A stretch of DNA of 64,000 bases from Escherichia coli. GTDB taxonomy: Bacteria > Pseudomonadota > Gammaproteobacteria > Enterobacterales > Enterobacteriaceae. How positions within the stretch are numbered: position 1 is the first letter of the stretch; each line of letters begins with the position of its first letter. Location of the stretch: assembly GCF_003334385.1 (NCBI RefSeq), contig NZ_QOWN01000005.1, one strand, 5' to 3'. The notes below the pieces were generated by a model. The model searched no databases. It saw only the letters and a list, made by a program, of their open reading frames with translations, and was not told where the DNA came from. Below, in pieces: positions 53,131 to 64,000 of the stretch. The position numbers and the translations under genes are program-made.

Positions 53131-53924
53131 TAAACAAAACTCACAGGTGCAGCACCCGCCGGATGCGGCAAAATACCCATCGGGATGCCATAAATCATTT
53201 CGAGGGTTTCGCCGCGCATAATTTCCGCAGGCGTTCCCTGAGCAATCATTTCACCGCCGCGCAGGGCGACCAGATAATCACAGTAGCGTGCCGCCATATT
53301 GATATCGTGCAACACGGCAATGACCGTCAGGCCACGCTCCTGACTTAAACGGTGCACCAGCGACAGCACATCAACCTGGTGGGCGATATCCAGCGCCGAG
53401 GTCGGTTCGTCGAGCAACAGACAACGGCTATCCTGCGCCACCAGCATGGCGATCCACGCCCGCTGACGTTCGCCGCCAGAGAGACTATCGACCAGCCGAT
53501 GCGCCAGCGGTTTTAAGCCAACCAGCGAGATAGCTTCCTCGACTTTTTCGCGATCTGCCGCCCCAAAGCGCCCCAGCGCGCCATGCCACGGGTAACGACC
53601 AATCGCCACCAGTTCACGCACGGTCATCCCTTCTGCCGGAGGAAGCTGCTGCGGCAAATAAGCCACTTTGCGGGCAAACGCTTTGCTGCTCCAGCTTTCC
53701 AGCGGTTGGGCATCAAGAAGAATCTCCCCTTCCGACGGCGGCTGATGACGGCCAAGCATTTTGAGCAGAGTGGATTTACCAGAACCGTTGTGACCAATCA
53801 GACCGGTCACTTTCCCGGCAGGAAAGGTTAACGACAGCGGATGCAAAAGCGTGCGCCCGGGCACACGAAAGGAGATATTACGCAGTGCAAAAGTGGTATC
53901 GGAATGATTCGTGTATTCCTGCAT
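53127..53924 (-). CDS. fhuC: ferric hydroxamate ABC transporter ATP-binding protein
   Basis: Recognised as FhuC (265 aa from MQEYTNHSDTTFALRNISFRVPGRTLL, Walker A GHNGSGKST). The track ORF extends 14 codons upstream; ATG at 53924 verified. Overlaps fhuD by 4 nt. Confidence 0.94.
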   Translation of the reverse strand: MQEYTNHSDTTFALRNISFRVPGRTLLHPLSLTFPAGKVTGLIGHNGSGKSTLLKMLGRHQPPSEGEILLDAQPLESWSSKAFARKVAYLPQQLPPAEGMTVRELVAIGRYPWHGALGRFGAADREKVEEAISLVGLKPLAHRLVDSLSGGERQRAWIAMLVAQDSRCLLLDEPTSALDIAHQVDVLSLVHRLSQERGLTVIAVLHDINMAARYCDYLVALRGGEMIAQGTPAEIMRGETLEMIYGIPMGILPHPAGAAPVSFVY

Positions 53925-53974
53925 AACAGCCAACTTGTGAAATGGGCACGGAAATCCGTGCCCCAAAAGAGAAA

Positions 53975-56218
53975 TTAGAAACGGAAGGTTGCGGTTGCAA
54001 CGACCTGACGTTCTGCGCCCCAGAAGCAGCCATAAGTGTTAAAGCAGCTGGCGACGTATTCACGATCGAACAGGTTGTTAACATGCAGCGCCACGTTGGA
54101 GCCAGCCATGCCGACTCGCGCCAGATCATAACGTACTAACGCATCCACGACCGTATAACTTCCCACTTTAAAGGAGTTAGCCGGATCACCATAACTGGAG
54201 CCAGTATAACGACCACCGGTGCCCAGCGTCAGACCTGAAAGCGGACCGTCAAAGAAGGTGTAGTCAGCCCACAACGAAGCCATGTGTTTTGGCACCTGTG
54301 CAGGCGTATTGCCTTTATAGGTAGTATCGGTGGTGTATTCCGCATCGGTGTAAGTATAAGAACCGACTACGTTAACACTCGCCGACAGCGCCGCTTTCGC
54401 TTCGATTTCTACGCCACGTGCGCGGATCTCGCCACCTTCAACCGAGAAGAAGGAACCCTCAGGGTCCGCCATCAGGTTGTTGGTTTTAGTGAGATTATAC
54501 ACGGCACCAGTAACTACAATCGGACGATCTTCCGGTACATATTTCACGCCGACTTCATACTGCTTACCTTTAGACGGTGCGAAAATATTACCATCCTTCC
54601 CAACTTGCGAAGAAGGTTCAAACGATTCGCTATAGCTGAAGTAAGGTGTTACACCATTATCAAACAGGTAGTTAACACCACCACGCCAGGTAAACTGTTT
54701 GTCATCACGTTTATCGGTCGTCCCGGCAACGCGGTTAAGAGATTCTTGATCTGCCCAGTCATAACGACCGCCTAGGGTGACCAGCACTTTATCCCACTGC
54801 GCCTGATCCTGAACATAAACGCCCGTTTGTTTCTGTTTATTCAGAATGCGGTAAGGGCCGGAGTTTGCCGGATCTTTGGCATTGAAGTCGAAATCGGTAT
54901 TCACCGGATTGTACAGATTGAGCAGTGGCACAGAGTCGTCGTAACCAAACCAGGCGTTGATGTCATTACGCATACGCATAAAGTCGACACCGGTCAGCAG
55001 GGTGTGGTCGATATCGCCAGTGGCAAACTTGCTCTGCAACTGGGTATCAACGGAGAAGTTTTGCAGCTTCTCATCATCAACGACGTATTTACGTGCCAGA
55101 TAATGGCCTTTATCCGCTGGCGCTAATGCCGCACACTGTTTGCTGTAAGCATTCGCCGGATCGGAGCAGACGCCGTAACCATAAACGCTGTTTTGCGAGG
55201 TTTTGTTTTCAGCAAAGCGCAGGTTCTGACGCACAGTAAAGGTGTCGTTAAATTCGTGATCGAAGCTGTAGCCGACCATCTTCTCATTACGAGAATAGGT
55301 GTTGTTCTTCGCCCCTTCATTAAAGTCTGTCGGCAGACGCTTACCGTTCGGCAGCGGCTCAACGGTTCCCTCTTTCGGCAACCAGCCGTAATAACCGGTT
55401 TCCGGCTCGTTCTGGAAGTAAGAAAGGAAGGTAAAATTGGTTTTATCATCCGGACGCCAGGTGAACGCCGGTGCAATAGCATAACGCTGCTCTTCTGACC
55501 CTTTCTGCTGGGCATTGGCAGAACGCGCAAGACCGGTCAGGCGATAAGAGTAAACACCGTCATCATCCAACGAATCGCTAAAGTCAAAACCAGTCTGGAA
55601 CAGGCTGTCAGTACCGGCTTTAAACTGAACTTCTTTCAGCGGTTCGGTGGTCGGACGCTTGCTGACCATATTCAACAGGCCGCCAGGACTGCTTTTACCG
55701 TAAAGCACGGAAACCGGGCCACGCATAATTTCAGCGCGTTCCAGCATATACGGGTCAATGACCGCATCGTTATAGAAGTTGCCCTGCAACTTCAGGCCAT
55801 TCAGATAGTTATTCTGGCTTTGGCCTTCTGCCGCAAAGCCGCGAATGATCAGGTGGTCATAGGTGTTGGATGCGCCACGCGTACCAACAGAGACACCCGG
55901 CGTGTAGCTAAGCGCTTCTTTTACCGACTTCGGCTGATGCAGCGCCATCTCTTCGGCGGTCACAACAGAAATAGACTGTGGCACTTTTTGAATCGGCGTA
56001 TCGGTTTTAGTGCCGGTAGCAGACTGTCGCGCCGCAATAGTTGCAGCAGGCCCCCATGCGCTTTCTTGCGGCGCAGGTGCAGCGGTAACGGTGATAGTGT
56101 CTTCTTTCGGTTCAACCGCTGCCTGTGCATAAACAGACATGCCGCTAACCGCTGTGGCTACTACAACTGCGATTTTACGCAGTGAGTGTTTTGGCTGAGC
56201 AGTTTTGGAACGCGCCAT
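53975..56218 (-). CDS. fhuA: TonB-dependent ferrichrome outer-membrane transporter
   Basis: 747-aa ORF with signal peptide and C-terminal ATFRF; recognised as FhuA. ATG verified. Confidence 0.97.
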   Translation of the reverse strand: MARSKTAQPKHSLRKIAVVVATAVSGMSVYAQAAVEPKEDTITVTAAPAPQESAWGPAATIAARQSATGTKTDTPIQKVPQSISVVTAEEMALHQPKSVKEALSYTPGVSVGTRGASNTYDHLIIRGFAAEGQSQNNYLNGLKLQGNFYNDAVIDPYMLERAEIMRGPVSVLYGKSSPGGLLNMVSKRPTTEPLKEVQFKAGTDSLFQTGFDFSDSLDDDGVYSYRLTGLARSANAQQKGSEEQRYAIAPAFTWRPDDKTNFTFLSYFQNEPETGYYGWLPKEGTVEPLPNGKRLPTDFNEGAKNNTYSRNEKMVGYSFDHEFNDTFTVRQNLRFAENKTSQNSVYGYGVCSDPANAYSKQCAALAPADKGHYLARKYVVDDEKLQNFSVDTQLQSKFATGDIDHTLLTGVDFMRMRNDINAWFGYDDSVPLLNLYNPVNTDFDFNAKDPANSGPYRILNKQKQTGVYVQDQAQWDKVLVTLGGRYDWADQESLNRVAGTTDKRDDKQFTWRGGVNYLFDNGVTPYFSYSESFEPSSQVGKDGNIFAPSKGKQYEVGVKYVPEDRPIVVTGAVYNLTKTNNLMADPEGSFFSVEGGEIRARGVEIEAKAALSASVNVVGSYTYTDAEYTTDTTYKGNTPAQVPKHMASLWADYTFFDGPLSGLTLGTGGRYTGSSYGDPANSFKVGSYTVVDALVRYDLARVGMAGSNVALHVNNLFDREYVASCFNTYGCFWGAERQVVATATFRF

Positions 56219-56256
56219 TGGTATATCTCTGATGTAAAGTGAATGATAACGTAAAC

Positions 56257-56280
56257 GAGAATGATTATTATAAAGATAAG
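56257..56280 (-). promoter_or_regulatory. Fur box overlapping the fhuA promoter
   Basis: Minus-strand TTATCTTTATAATAATCATTCTC, about 40-60 nt upstream of the fhuA ATG, matches the Fur consensus (ATAATCATTATC core, 11 of 12). Confidence 0.7.
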
Positions 56281-56397
56281 ATAATATTCGAAACGCTGGC
56301 GGGTTCGCAAGCGGTACGCAATCTGAGCGTTCCTGAAGGGTTAATAAACAACCAGATGAAAAGAAAGGGTTAATATCTTAGATGGGATGTTATTTTA

Positions 56398-56420
56398 CCG
56401 GATGGCAACTCGCCATCCGG
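56398..56420 (-). terminator. hairpin just downstream of mrcB (probable terminator)
   Basis: CCGGATGGC-(5 nt)-GCCATCCGG, a 9-bp perfect stem 18 nt after the mrcB stop; adjacent T/A-rich flanks on both strands. Confidence 0.6.
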
Positions 56421-56437
56421 TATTTCACGCTTAGATG

Positions 56438-58972
56438 TTAATTACTACCAAACATATCCTTGATCCAACCGGCTACACCGTCGCTGTCTTTCTGCTCTTG
56501 CTGAGCAGGTTGCTGTTGCGGCTGTTGCTGCGGCTGAGAAGACTGATCAAACGGATTGCCTGACGGCTGCTGCTGCATCTCGCTCTGCTGGCACAGCGAT
56601 TGCGGATCGCTGGTCCAGACCGGCAAGATACGCATGCCACCGCTGCAAACAAAGTTGCCGTCGTAGTCCACGCCCATATCTGCAATATCTTCTGGCGGAA
56701 CAAGATTCAGCGGCGTTGGCGTCTGGTTAGCCAGATAACGCTGATAAATCGACATTGCCCCGCTGGCACCATACAGTTTGGTCGGCTGGTTGTTATCACG
56801 GCCGACCCAGGTGATGGTCACCGTGCTGCCGTCAATGCCCGCAAACCAGGTATCTACGTTATTGTTGGTAGTCCCTGTTTTCCCTGCCAGATGCAGGTTC
56901 GGGTATTTCGCCCCAAGCTGACGACCCGTACCGCGTTGTACCACCTGCTGCATGGTCCATAGTGTCAGATACGCCGCCTGCGCCGGAACAGCGCGTTCCG
57001 CCTGCGGGAAGCTCTGATACAGCACTTTGCCATCTTCCGCGATTACCGAACGCAGCGCAGAAAGCGGTGCACGGTTACCACCGCTGGCGATGGTCTGGAA
57101 TGCCTGCGCCACTTCGATTGGCGTTAAGTTCAACGCCCCCAGCAGCATTGCCGGAACCGGATGCAACTGATCTTTCGGTACGCCCAGTTTAATCCAGGTC
57201 TCCGTAACCGCAGGCAGCCCCAGCGCCATCCCCAGATTTACCGTCGGCACGTTCATCGAACGGGTCAACGCATCCACCAGCATCACTCTGCCGCTTTCGC
57301 TATAACGACGGTCATCATTCTGCGGTGACCAGACCTGGCCATTCGGCTGACGCAGCGCAATTGGCGCATCCGCAATCCACGTATTCAGACGATAGATTTT
57401 CGGCTGGCTTAAGGCCGTCAGATAAGTCGCTGGTTTTGCAAGGGAACCAATCGAACGACGCGCCTGCATCGCACGGTTGTAGCCCGCAAACTGCGGCTCA
57501 GAACCTCCGACCATCGCACGAACTTCACCACTAAAGCGGTCGACGACCACAATCGCAGTTTCAAGATCGCTCAACTTACGCTGTTTCTTCAGTGCCGGAA
57601 TGCCTTCCACGGCGGCTTTTTCTGCCGCGTCCTGGGCCACCGAGTCAAAGGTAGTGAAGATCTTCACGCCGGAGAGATCTTTTACCTTATCGCCCAGTTT
57701 TGCCTGCAGCTCCTGACGCACCAGTTGCATAAAGGCTGGCTGAGGAGAGATCACCCCACCGCGCGGCTGAACCCCCAGCGGACGGGCACTCAACATGTCA
57801 TAGAGTTCTTGATCAATAATCTGTTGCTGTTGCAGCAGACGCAGCACCAGATTACGTCGCTCCAGCGCCAGTTTTGGGTTACGCCACGGGTTGTAGATGG
57901 ACGCCCCTTTCACCATACCGACTAACAGCGCCTGCTGGTCGAGGCTTAGCTCTTCTACCGGGCGACCAAAGTAATACAAGCTTGCCAGCGGGAAGCCGCG
58001 GATTTCGTTGTCGCCGCTCTGACCGAGATACACCTCGTTCATATACAGCTCAAGAATACGGTCTTTGCTGTAACGCGCGTCCATGATCAGCGCCATGTAA
58101 GCTTCGTTCGCTTTACGCCAGTAAGAACGCTCGCTGGAGAGGAACAGGTTTTTCACCAGCTGTTGCGTCAGCGTACTCGCACCCTGTACCGTGCGTCCGG
58201 CGGTCAGGTTTGCCAGCACCGCACGTCCGATTGAGTAGAGACTGATTCCATCATGCTCGTAAAAATGACGGTCTTCTGTCGCCAGCAAAGTATCCACCAG
58301 CAAATCCGGGAAACCACTGCGCGGCACAAACAGACGCTGCTCACCGTTTGGCGAAGAGATCATGGTGATCAGACGCGGATCAAGACGGAAGAAACCGAAC
58401 TGACGGTTGTTCTCCATATTGACGATCGTCGCCAGATGATCGCCATCAAAGGTCAGACGCGCGCGCACCTGTCCTTCTTTACTGTCCGGGAAATCAAACG
58501 GACGGCGAATCATCTCAATGCTGTTGGCCTGCACGGTAAATTCGCCAGGACGGGTCATTTTCGACACCTGACGATACTGGGTCGCCTCCAGCAGCTTCAC
58601 CATCTCGTTCTTGCTGATGGTCATGTCTGGCTCAAGATTGACCATTCGGCCATAAACTGCCGCAGGCAGTTGCCAGACCTTGCCATCAATACGGCTACGA
58701 ATTTTTTGATCGAGATAAACGCCGTAAATGGCGATCAGCACGGCAAAAACGATAGCCAGTTTTAGCAGTAGCCATAGCCAGCCGCGTTTGCCACGAGGCT
58801 TACGCCCTTTGCCTTTGCCCTTACCTTTGCGCGGCATCGGTTCTTCATCCTCATAGTCATCATAATCGTCGTAATCATCGTCATCTTCGTAACGACGACG
58901 GCTTACCTTTTGTTTGACCGGACGCGTCGGTTTCCCTTTGCGTCCAATTGGCTCGCGGTCATTCCCGGCCAT
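56438..58972 (-). CDS. mrcB: penicillin-binding protein 1B (bifunctional glycosyltransferase/transpeptidase)
   Basis: Recognised as PBP1b (844 aa from [22 protein letters not shown], acidic [15 protein letters not shown] tract). The track ORF starts 5 codons earlier; ATG at 58972 verified. Confidence 0.95.
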   Translation of the reverse strand: MAGNDREPIGRKGKPTRPVKQKVSRRRYEDDDDYDDYDDYEDEEPMPRKGKGKGKGRKPRGKRGWLWLLLKLAIVFAVLIAIYGVYLDQKIRSRIDGKVWQLPAAVYGRMVNLEPDMTISKNEMVKLLEATQYRQVSKMTRPGEFTVQANSIEMIRRPFDFPDSKEGQVRARLTFDGDHLATIVNMENNRQFGFFRLDPRLITMISSPNGEQRLFVPRSGFPDLLVDTLLATEDRHFYEHDGISLYSIGRAVLANLTAGRTVQGASTLTQQLVKNLFLSSERSYWRKANEAYMALIMDARYSKDRILELYMNEVYLGQSGDNEIRGFPLASLYYFGRPVEELSLDQQALLVGMVKGASIYNPWRNPKLALERRNLVLRLLQQQQIIDQELYDMLSARPLGVQPRGGVISPQPAFMQLVRQELQAKLGDKVKDLSGVKIFTTFDSVAQDAAEKAAVEGIPALKKQRKLSDLETAIVVVDRFSGEVRAMVGGSEPQFAGYNRAMQARRSIGSLAKPATYLTALSQPKIYRLNTWIADAPIALRQPNGQVWSPQNDDRRYSESGRVMLVDALTRSMNVPTVNLGMALGLPAVTETWIKLGVPKDQLHPVPAMLLGALNLTPIEVAQAFQTIASGGNRAPLSALRSVIAEDGKVLYQSFPQAERAVPAQAAYLTLWTMQQVVQRGTGRQLGAKYPNLHLAGKTGTTNNNVDTWFAGIDGSTVTITWVGRDNNQPTKLYGASGAMSIYQRYLANQTPTPLNLVPPEDIADMGVDYDGNFVCSGGMRILPVWTSDPQSLCQQSEMQQQPSGNPFDQSSQPQQQPQQQPAQQEQKDSDGVAGWIKDMFGSN

Positions 58973-59015
58973 GCTTTTTCTCCGCAATATTCAGGCGCAA
59001 AAGCCCGATTTTCTG

Positions 59016-59160
59016 TTCTTCTGTTACAAGACAGAAGAAGATATCTCTCAAAATTTGTGCTCGATCGGTCCCCTCTCCCTTGAGGGAGAGGGTTAGGGTG
59101 AGGGTGAACGTGCGCGCTGATGCCCTCACCCCGGCCCTCTCCCACAGGGAGAGGGAGAAA
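59016..59160. repeat. cluster of GC-rich nested palindromes in the hrpB-mrcB spacer (resembles an E. coli intergenic repeat family, possibly Box C-like)
   Basis: Three hairpins: TTCTTCTGT-TACAAG-ACAGAAGAA at 59016-59039; CCCTCTCCC-TTGA-GGGAGAGGG at 59071-59092; CCCTCTCCC-ACA-GGGAGAGGG at 59135-59155. The last two are direct repeats of one hairpin bracketing an inner GGGTGAGGGTGA...CCCTCACCCC inverted pair. Confidence 0.7.
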
Positions 59161-59167
59161 ACCAACC

Positions 59168-61597
59168 TTACGAATACTTTTTCGTCCGTCGCGTCGGTGC
59201 AGTATTTGCCGGGTCGTCCGGCCAGACATGTTTGGGATAACGCCCTTTCATCTCTTTTTGCACCTCACGGTACGCTCCTTTCCAGAAGGCGCTCAAATCT
59301 CGTGTGATTTGTAATGGCCTTTGGGCAGGTGAAAGCAACTCCAGCACCAGCGGCACGCGCCCCTGGGCGATCGTCGGATTGGTGGCCTCGCCAAACATCT
59401 CTTGCATTCTCACCGCCAGCGCGGGCGGGTTATCTTCATGATAACGAATGGCGATCCGGCTTCCCGTCGGCACAGTGTAATGCGCAGGCAATTCACTATC
59501 CAGACGTTGCTGCATTCCCCAATCAAGTAATCCGCGTAGTGCCTGATAAATGTCGAGTGATTTCAGGCCGCGTAGTGAATGTACGCCAGTCATATGTGGC
59601 AGCAGCCACGTTTCCAGCGCTGCCAATAAACTTTCATCATCAACCGCTGGCCAGTCATATTCCGGCAACCACTTTGCGGCGCATAACAAACGCAAGCGTA
59701 GCTGTTCCGCTTCCGCCGTCCAGTTGAGCACGCTTAAACCTTTATCACGGATGCCATTAAGCATCGCCTGATGCAACTCGTCTTCTGACGGTTTCGCCAG
59801 CGGCTGCACTTTCACCGTCAACTGACCGATTTGTAGCCGACGCCAGGCTTTCAGCGTACCTTGCGCGTCATCCCACTCCACAGTGTCAGACTGCTGTACC
59901 AGCTGCGGGCAGCGTTGTACTAACTCATCAATATCGACCAGCAGCGCCAGTAAAATCCGCGCATCCGGCGAGGCGCTGCCCTGCAATAATAACGGTGCGA
60001 TCAACCATTCGTGGCGGCTTAGCGCGTCGTTGGCATCGAGCATCGCTCCCATGCCGTTTGCCAGTTGATAGCGTCCATCTTGCCCACGGCGACGAGCAAT
60101 GCGATCGGCAAACGCCCCGGCAAGTAGCGGCGCGATAAGCGAACTGTCTGCCTCACCGCCACGTACGTTTAAGCGTTTTAACAGTTGCTGACTACGTTGC
60201 TGCCAGGCTGGTTGATTGCGCGAAAACGCCACGCCCAGGTCACTATTGCCCATCCGTGGCGGCTCTTCGAGAATGGCGGCAATTTTTGCCGCGGTAGCAG
60301 CTTCGTCGTCGTTCTTCGCGCTAACCAGCATTGCCGCTAAACGCGGATCGTTACCCAGCGCTGCCATTTTTTGCCCTTGCGCACTAAGCCGTTCACCCTC
60401 CAGTGCCCCCAGCATTTGTAACAGACGTTTCGCGGCCAGTAGATTCACTACTGGCGGTTGATCCAGCCAGCTCATCTGCGCCGGATCGCTGCATCCCCAT
60501 TGCAGTAATTCCATCAGCAAACCGGAAAGATCGCTTTGTAAGATCTCCGGTTCACTTTGCGCCGCGGCGCGTTCTGCTTGTTCTTTGGCGATTAAATGCA
60601 GGCTGATACCCGGCTCCAGACGCCCGGCGCGCCCGGCACGCTGCGTCATGGATGCCTGGCTAACGCGTTGAGTAATCAGTCGCGTAAGCCCCGTGCGCGG
60701 ATCAAAACGCGCCACACGCTCCTGGGCACAATCCACCACCAGACGAATACCTTCAATGGTTAAACTGGTTTCAGCAATATTGGTCGCCAGCACCACTTTG
60801 CGCATCCCTTGCGGTGCCGGGAGGATCGCTTTTCGCTGATCGTTCAGCGACAACGCGCCATACAGCGGGCAGAGCAATACATCACTGCCGATGCGCGAAG
60901 CCAGTTGTTCCTGCACACGCTGAATTTCTCCGACGCCAGGTAAAAATAACAGTAATGATCCGCTTTCCTGACGCAGCATTTCAGCGGTGGCTACCGCAAC
61001 GGCATCGTCAAAACGCTGATGCGCGGGCAGCGGTAAATAACGGCGTTCAACCGGAAACGAGCGCCCTTCTGAGATGACGACAGGCGCTTCTGGCAGCATT
61101 TGCTGCAAGCGGTCGTTGTCCAGGGTAGCCGACATAATCAGCAGTTTAAGGTCATCACGCAGACCTTGTTGCACATCGAGTAACAGCGCCAACGCCAAAT
61201 CCGCCTGCAAGCTGCGCTCATGAAATTCATCAAGGATCACCAGTCCAACACCGCTCAGTTCCGGGTCACGCTGGATCATGCGCGTCAGCACGCCTTCGGT
61301 AACCACTTCCAGGCGGGTATTCGGCCCGACGCAGTTTTGCGCACGCATCCGGTAGCCAACGGTATCGCCTGGCTTTTCGTTAAGCAGCTCCGCCAGCCGT
61401 TGCGCGACGTTACGCGCCGCCAGACGACGCGGCTCCAGCAGGATAATTTTCCCGTTAATGCCGGGATGCGCCAGCAGTTGCAGCGGCAGCCAGGTTGATT
61501 TCCCGGCCCCGGTCGGCGCACTTAATAATACCTGCGGCGCACAATCGAGAGCGGTAAGTAATTCAGGTAAGACGGCAGCAACGGGCAACGACGACAC
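59168..61597 (-). CDS. hrpB: ATP-dependent RNA helicase HrpB (DEAH-box)
   Basis: Recognised as HrpB (Walker A APTGAGKST, DEFHER motif). Start assigned to the GTG at 61595-61597 (809 aa, as I recall the annotation); the ATG 15 codons upstream at 61642 cannot be excluded. Confidence 0.88.
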   Translation of the reverse strand: MSSLPVAAVLPELLTALDCAPQVLLSAPTGAGKSTWLPLQLLAHPGINGKIILLEPRRLAARNVAQRLAELLNEKPGDTVGYRMRAQNCVGPNTRLEVVTEGVLTRMIQRDPELSGVGLVILDEFHERSLQADLALALLLDVQQGLRDDLKLLIMSATLDNDRLQQMLPEAPVVISEGRSFPVERRYLPLPAHQRFDDAVAVATAEMLRQESGSLLLFLPGVGEIQRVQEQLASRIGSDVLLCPLYGALSLNDQRKAILPAPQGMRKVVLATNIAETSLTIEGIRLVVDCAQERVARFDPRTGLTRLITQRVSQASMTQRAGRAGRLEPGISLHLIAKEQAERAAAQSEPEILQSDLSGLLMELLQWGCSDPAQMSWLDQPPVVNLLAAKRLLQMLGALEGERLSAQGQKMAALGNDPRLAAMLVSAKNDDEAATAAKIAAILEEPPRMGNSDLGVAFSRNQPAWQQRSQQLLKRLNVRGGEADSSLIAPLLAGAFADRIARRRGQDGRYQLANGMGAMLDANDALSRHEWLIAPLLLQGSASPDARILLALLVDIDELVQRCPQLVQQSDTVEWDDAQGTLKAWRRLQIGQLTVKVQPLAKPSEDELHQAMLNGIRDKGLSVLNWTAEAEQLRLRLLCAAKWLPEYDWPAVDDESLLAALETWLLPHMTGVHSLRGLKSLDIYQALRGLLDWGMQQRLDSELPAHYTVPTGSRIAIRYHEDNPPALAVRMQEMFGEATNPTIAQGRVPLVLELLSPAQRPLQITRDLSAFWKGAYREVQKEMKGRYPKHVWPDDPANTAPTRRTKKYS

Positions 61598-61670
61598 AAA
61601 ACGCTCCAGAGGGTTAACATTCTTCGCGCCACATTGTAGCATCGCGGTAATTCATAACCGAGTGCCTCAC

Positions 61671-62920
<1,250 letters not shown>

Positions 62921-63097
62921 TAAAGTAAGTAACTGGTTAATTTACATTCTGGTCGCGTGCGCAAATACGCTTTTCCTCACACAGTTGTCAAGTGTTACGT
63001 TTAGATAATTGCTATCCGGAAAAGCATCTGCTATTTATAGCGGCCTCATTTTTCCCCCGAACATGGGGATCGATAGTGCGTGTTAAGGAGAAGCAAC

Positions 63098-63553
63098 ATG
63101 CAAGAAGGGCAAAACCGTAAAACATCGTCCCTGAGTATTCTCGCCATCGCTGGGGTGGAACCATATCAGGAGAAGCCGGGCGAAGAGTATATGAATGAAG
63201 CCCAGCTGGCGCACTTCCGTCGTATTCTGGAAGCATGGCGTAATCAACTCAGGGATGAAGTCGATCGCACCGTTACACATATGCAGGATGAAGCAGCCAA
63301 CTTCCCGGACCCGGTAGACCGTGCAGCCCAGGAAGAAGAGTTCAGCCTCGAACTGCGTAACCGCGATCGCGAGCGTAAGCTGATCAAAAAGATCGAGAAG
63401 ACGCTGAAAAAAGTGGAAGACGAAGATTTCGGCTACTGCGAATCCTGCGGTGTTGAAATTGGTATTCGCCGTCTGGAAGCGCGCCCGACAGCCGATCTGT
63501 GCATCGACTGCAAAACGCTGGCTGAAATTCGCGAAAAACAGATGGCTGGCTAA
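63098..63553 (+). CDS. dksA: RNA polymerase-binding transcription factor DksA
   Basis: Recognised as DksA (151 aa from [41 protein letters not shown]4 zinc finger [26 protein letters not shown]). ATG at 63098 is preceded by AAGGAG. Confidence 0.96.
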   Translation: MQEGQNRKTSSLSILAIAGVEPYQEKPGEEYMNEAQLAHFRRILEAWRNQLRDEVDRTVTHMQDEAANFPDPVDRAAQEEEFSLELRNRDRERKLIKKIEKTLKKVEDEDFGYCESCGVEIGIRRLEARPTADLCIDCKTLAEIREKQMAG

Positions 63554-63581
63554 TTACAGCCGTTCCATCACGTTTACCACA

Positions 63582-63609
63582 GGCGGGAAATGCTCCCGCC
63601 TTATTTTTT
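63582..63609 (+). terminator. intrinsic terminator after dksA
   Basis: Hairpin GGCGGGA-AATGC-TCCCGCC followed by TTATTTTTT. Confidence 0.75.
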
Positions 63610-63619
63610 GTTCAAAGAG

Positions 63620-64000
63620 ATGACAGACACACAGTATATTGGCCGCTTCGCCCCCTCTCCTTCCGGCGAGCTTCATTTTGGCTCTCTGATCGCCGCGCTC
63701 GGCAGCTATTTGCAGGCTCGCGCCCGGCAAGGTCGCTGGCTGGTACGCATAGAAGATATCGACCCGCCTCGTGAAGTTCCCGGTGCCGCAGAAACTATCC
63801 TGCGCCAGCTGGAACATTACGGTCTGCACTGGGACGGCGATGTTCTCTGGCAATCGCAACGTCACGACGCCTATCGTGAAGCACTCGCCTGGTTACATGA
63901 ACAAGGACTAAGTTATTACTGCACCTGTACGCGTGCGCGTATTCAAAGCATTGGCGGTATTTACGACGGTCATTGCCGGGTGTTGCATCATGGACCAGAC
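63620..64000 (+). CDS. gluQ: glutamyl-Q tRNA(Asp) synthetase, 5' partial (runs off the window end)
   Basis: Translation from the ATG at 63620 gives [52 protein letters not shown], the class-I aaRS-like N-terminus of GluQ/YadB. Absent from the ORF track because no stop falls inside the window. Confidence 0.9.
   Translation, partial: MTDTQYIGRFAPSPSGELHFGSLIAALGSYLQARARQGRWLVRIEDIDPPREVPGAAETILRQLEHYGLHWDGDVLWQSQRHDAYREALAWLHEQGLSYYCTCTRARIQSIGGIYDGHCRVLHHGPD

Noticed and set aside
58903-59314. Five overlapping small ORFs (60-119 aa) on both strands in the hrpB-mrcB spacer
   Set aside because: They read through the GC-rich palindromic repeats, which makes open frames on both strands a by-product of the repeat. 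Translations are proline/glycine/arginine-rich with no start context.
63554-63865. 103-aa minus-strand ORF downstream of dksA
   Set aside because: It is antisense to the gluQ 5' coding region and spans the dksA terminator; no support.

Overview
This window is a collinear stretch of Escherichia coli (K-12-type) core chromosome, read in reverse orientation to the conventional map. It runs from the leader and P1/P2 promoters of an rRNA operon (rrnH, minus strand at the window start) through gmhB, metNIQ, rcsF, trmO, proS, the yaeQ-arfB-nlpE and yaeP-rof-tilS groups, ldcC, accA, dnaE, the skp-lpxD-fabZ-lpxA-lpxB-rnhB and rseP-bamA envelope clusters, cdsA-uppS-dxr-frr-pyrH-tsf-rpsB, map, glnD, dapD, degP, dgt, mtnN-btuF, erpA, clcA, hemL, the fhuACDB operon, mrcB, hrpB, thpR, sfsA and dksA, ending in a 5' fragment of gluQ. 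I recognise 57 protein-coding genes by their translated sequence; for most of those whose ORF-track entry was longer than the known protein I checked the start codon in the DNA. I find no evidence of a previously undescribed system: every sizeable ORF is a well-characterised gene, gene sizes and spacers match the known arrangement, and there are no IS elements, prophage genes, CRISPR arrays or orphan gene clusters. The remaining observations are modest: rrn promoter control sites reaching into the gmhB coding end, a nested GC-rich palindrome cluster between hrpB and mrcB, REP/BIME repeats, several structured intergenic hairpins, non-ATG starts and short coupling overlaps. Identifications rest on my recall of E. 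coli protein sequences, not on a database search; hairpin and promoter coordinates were read by eye and may be off by a few bases.
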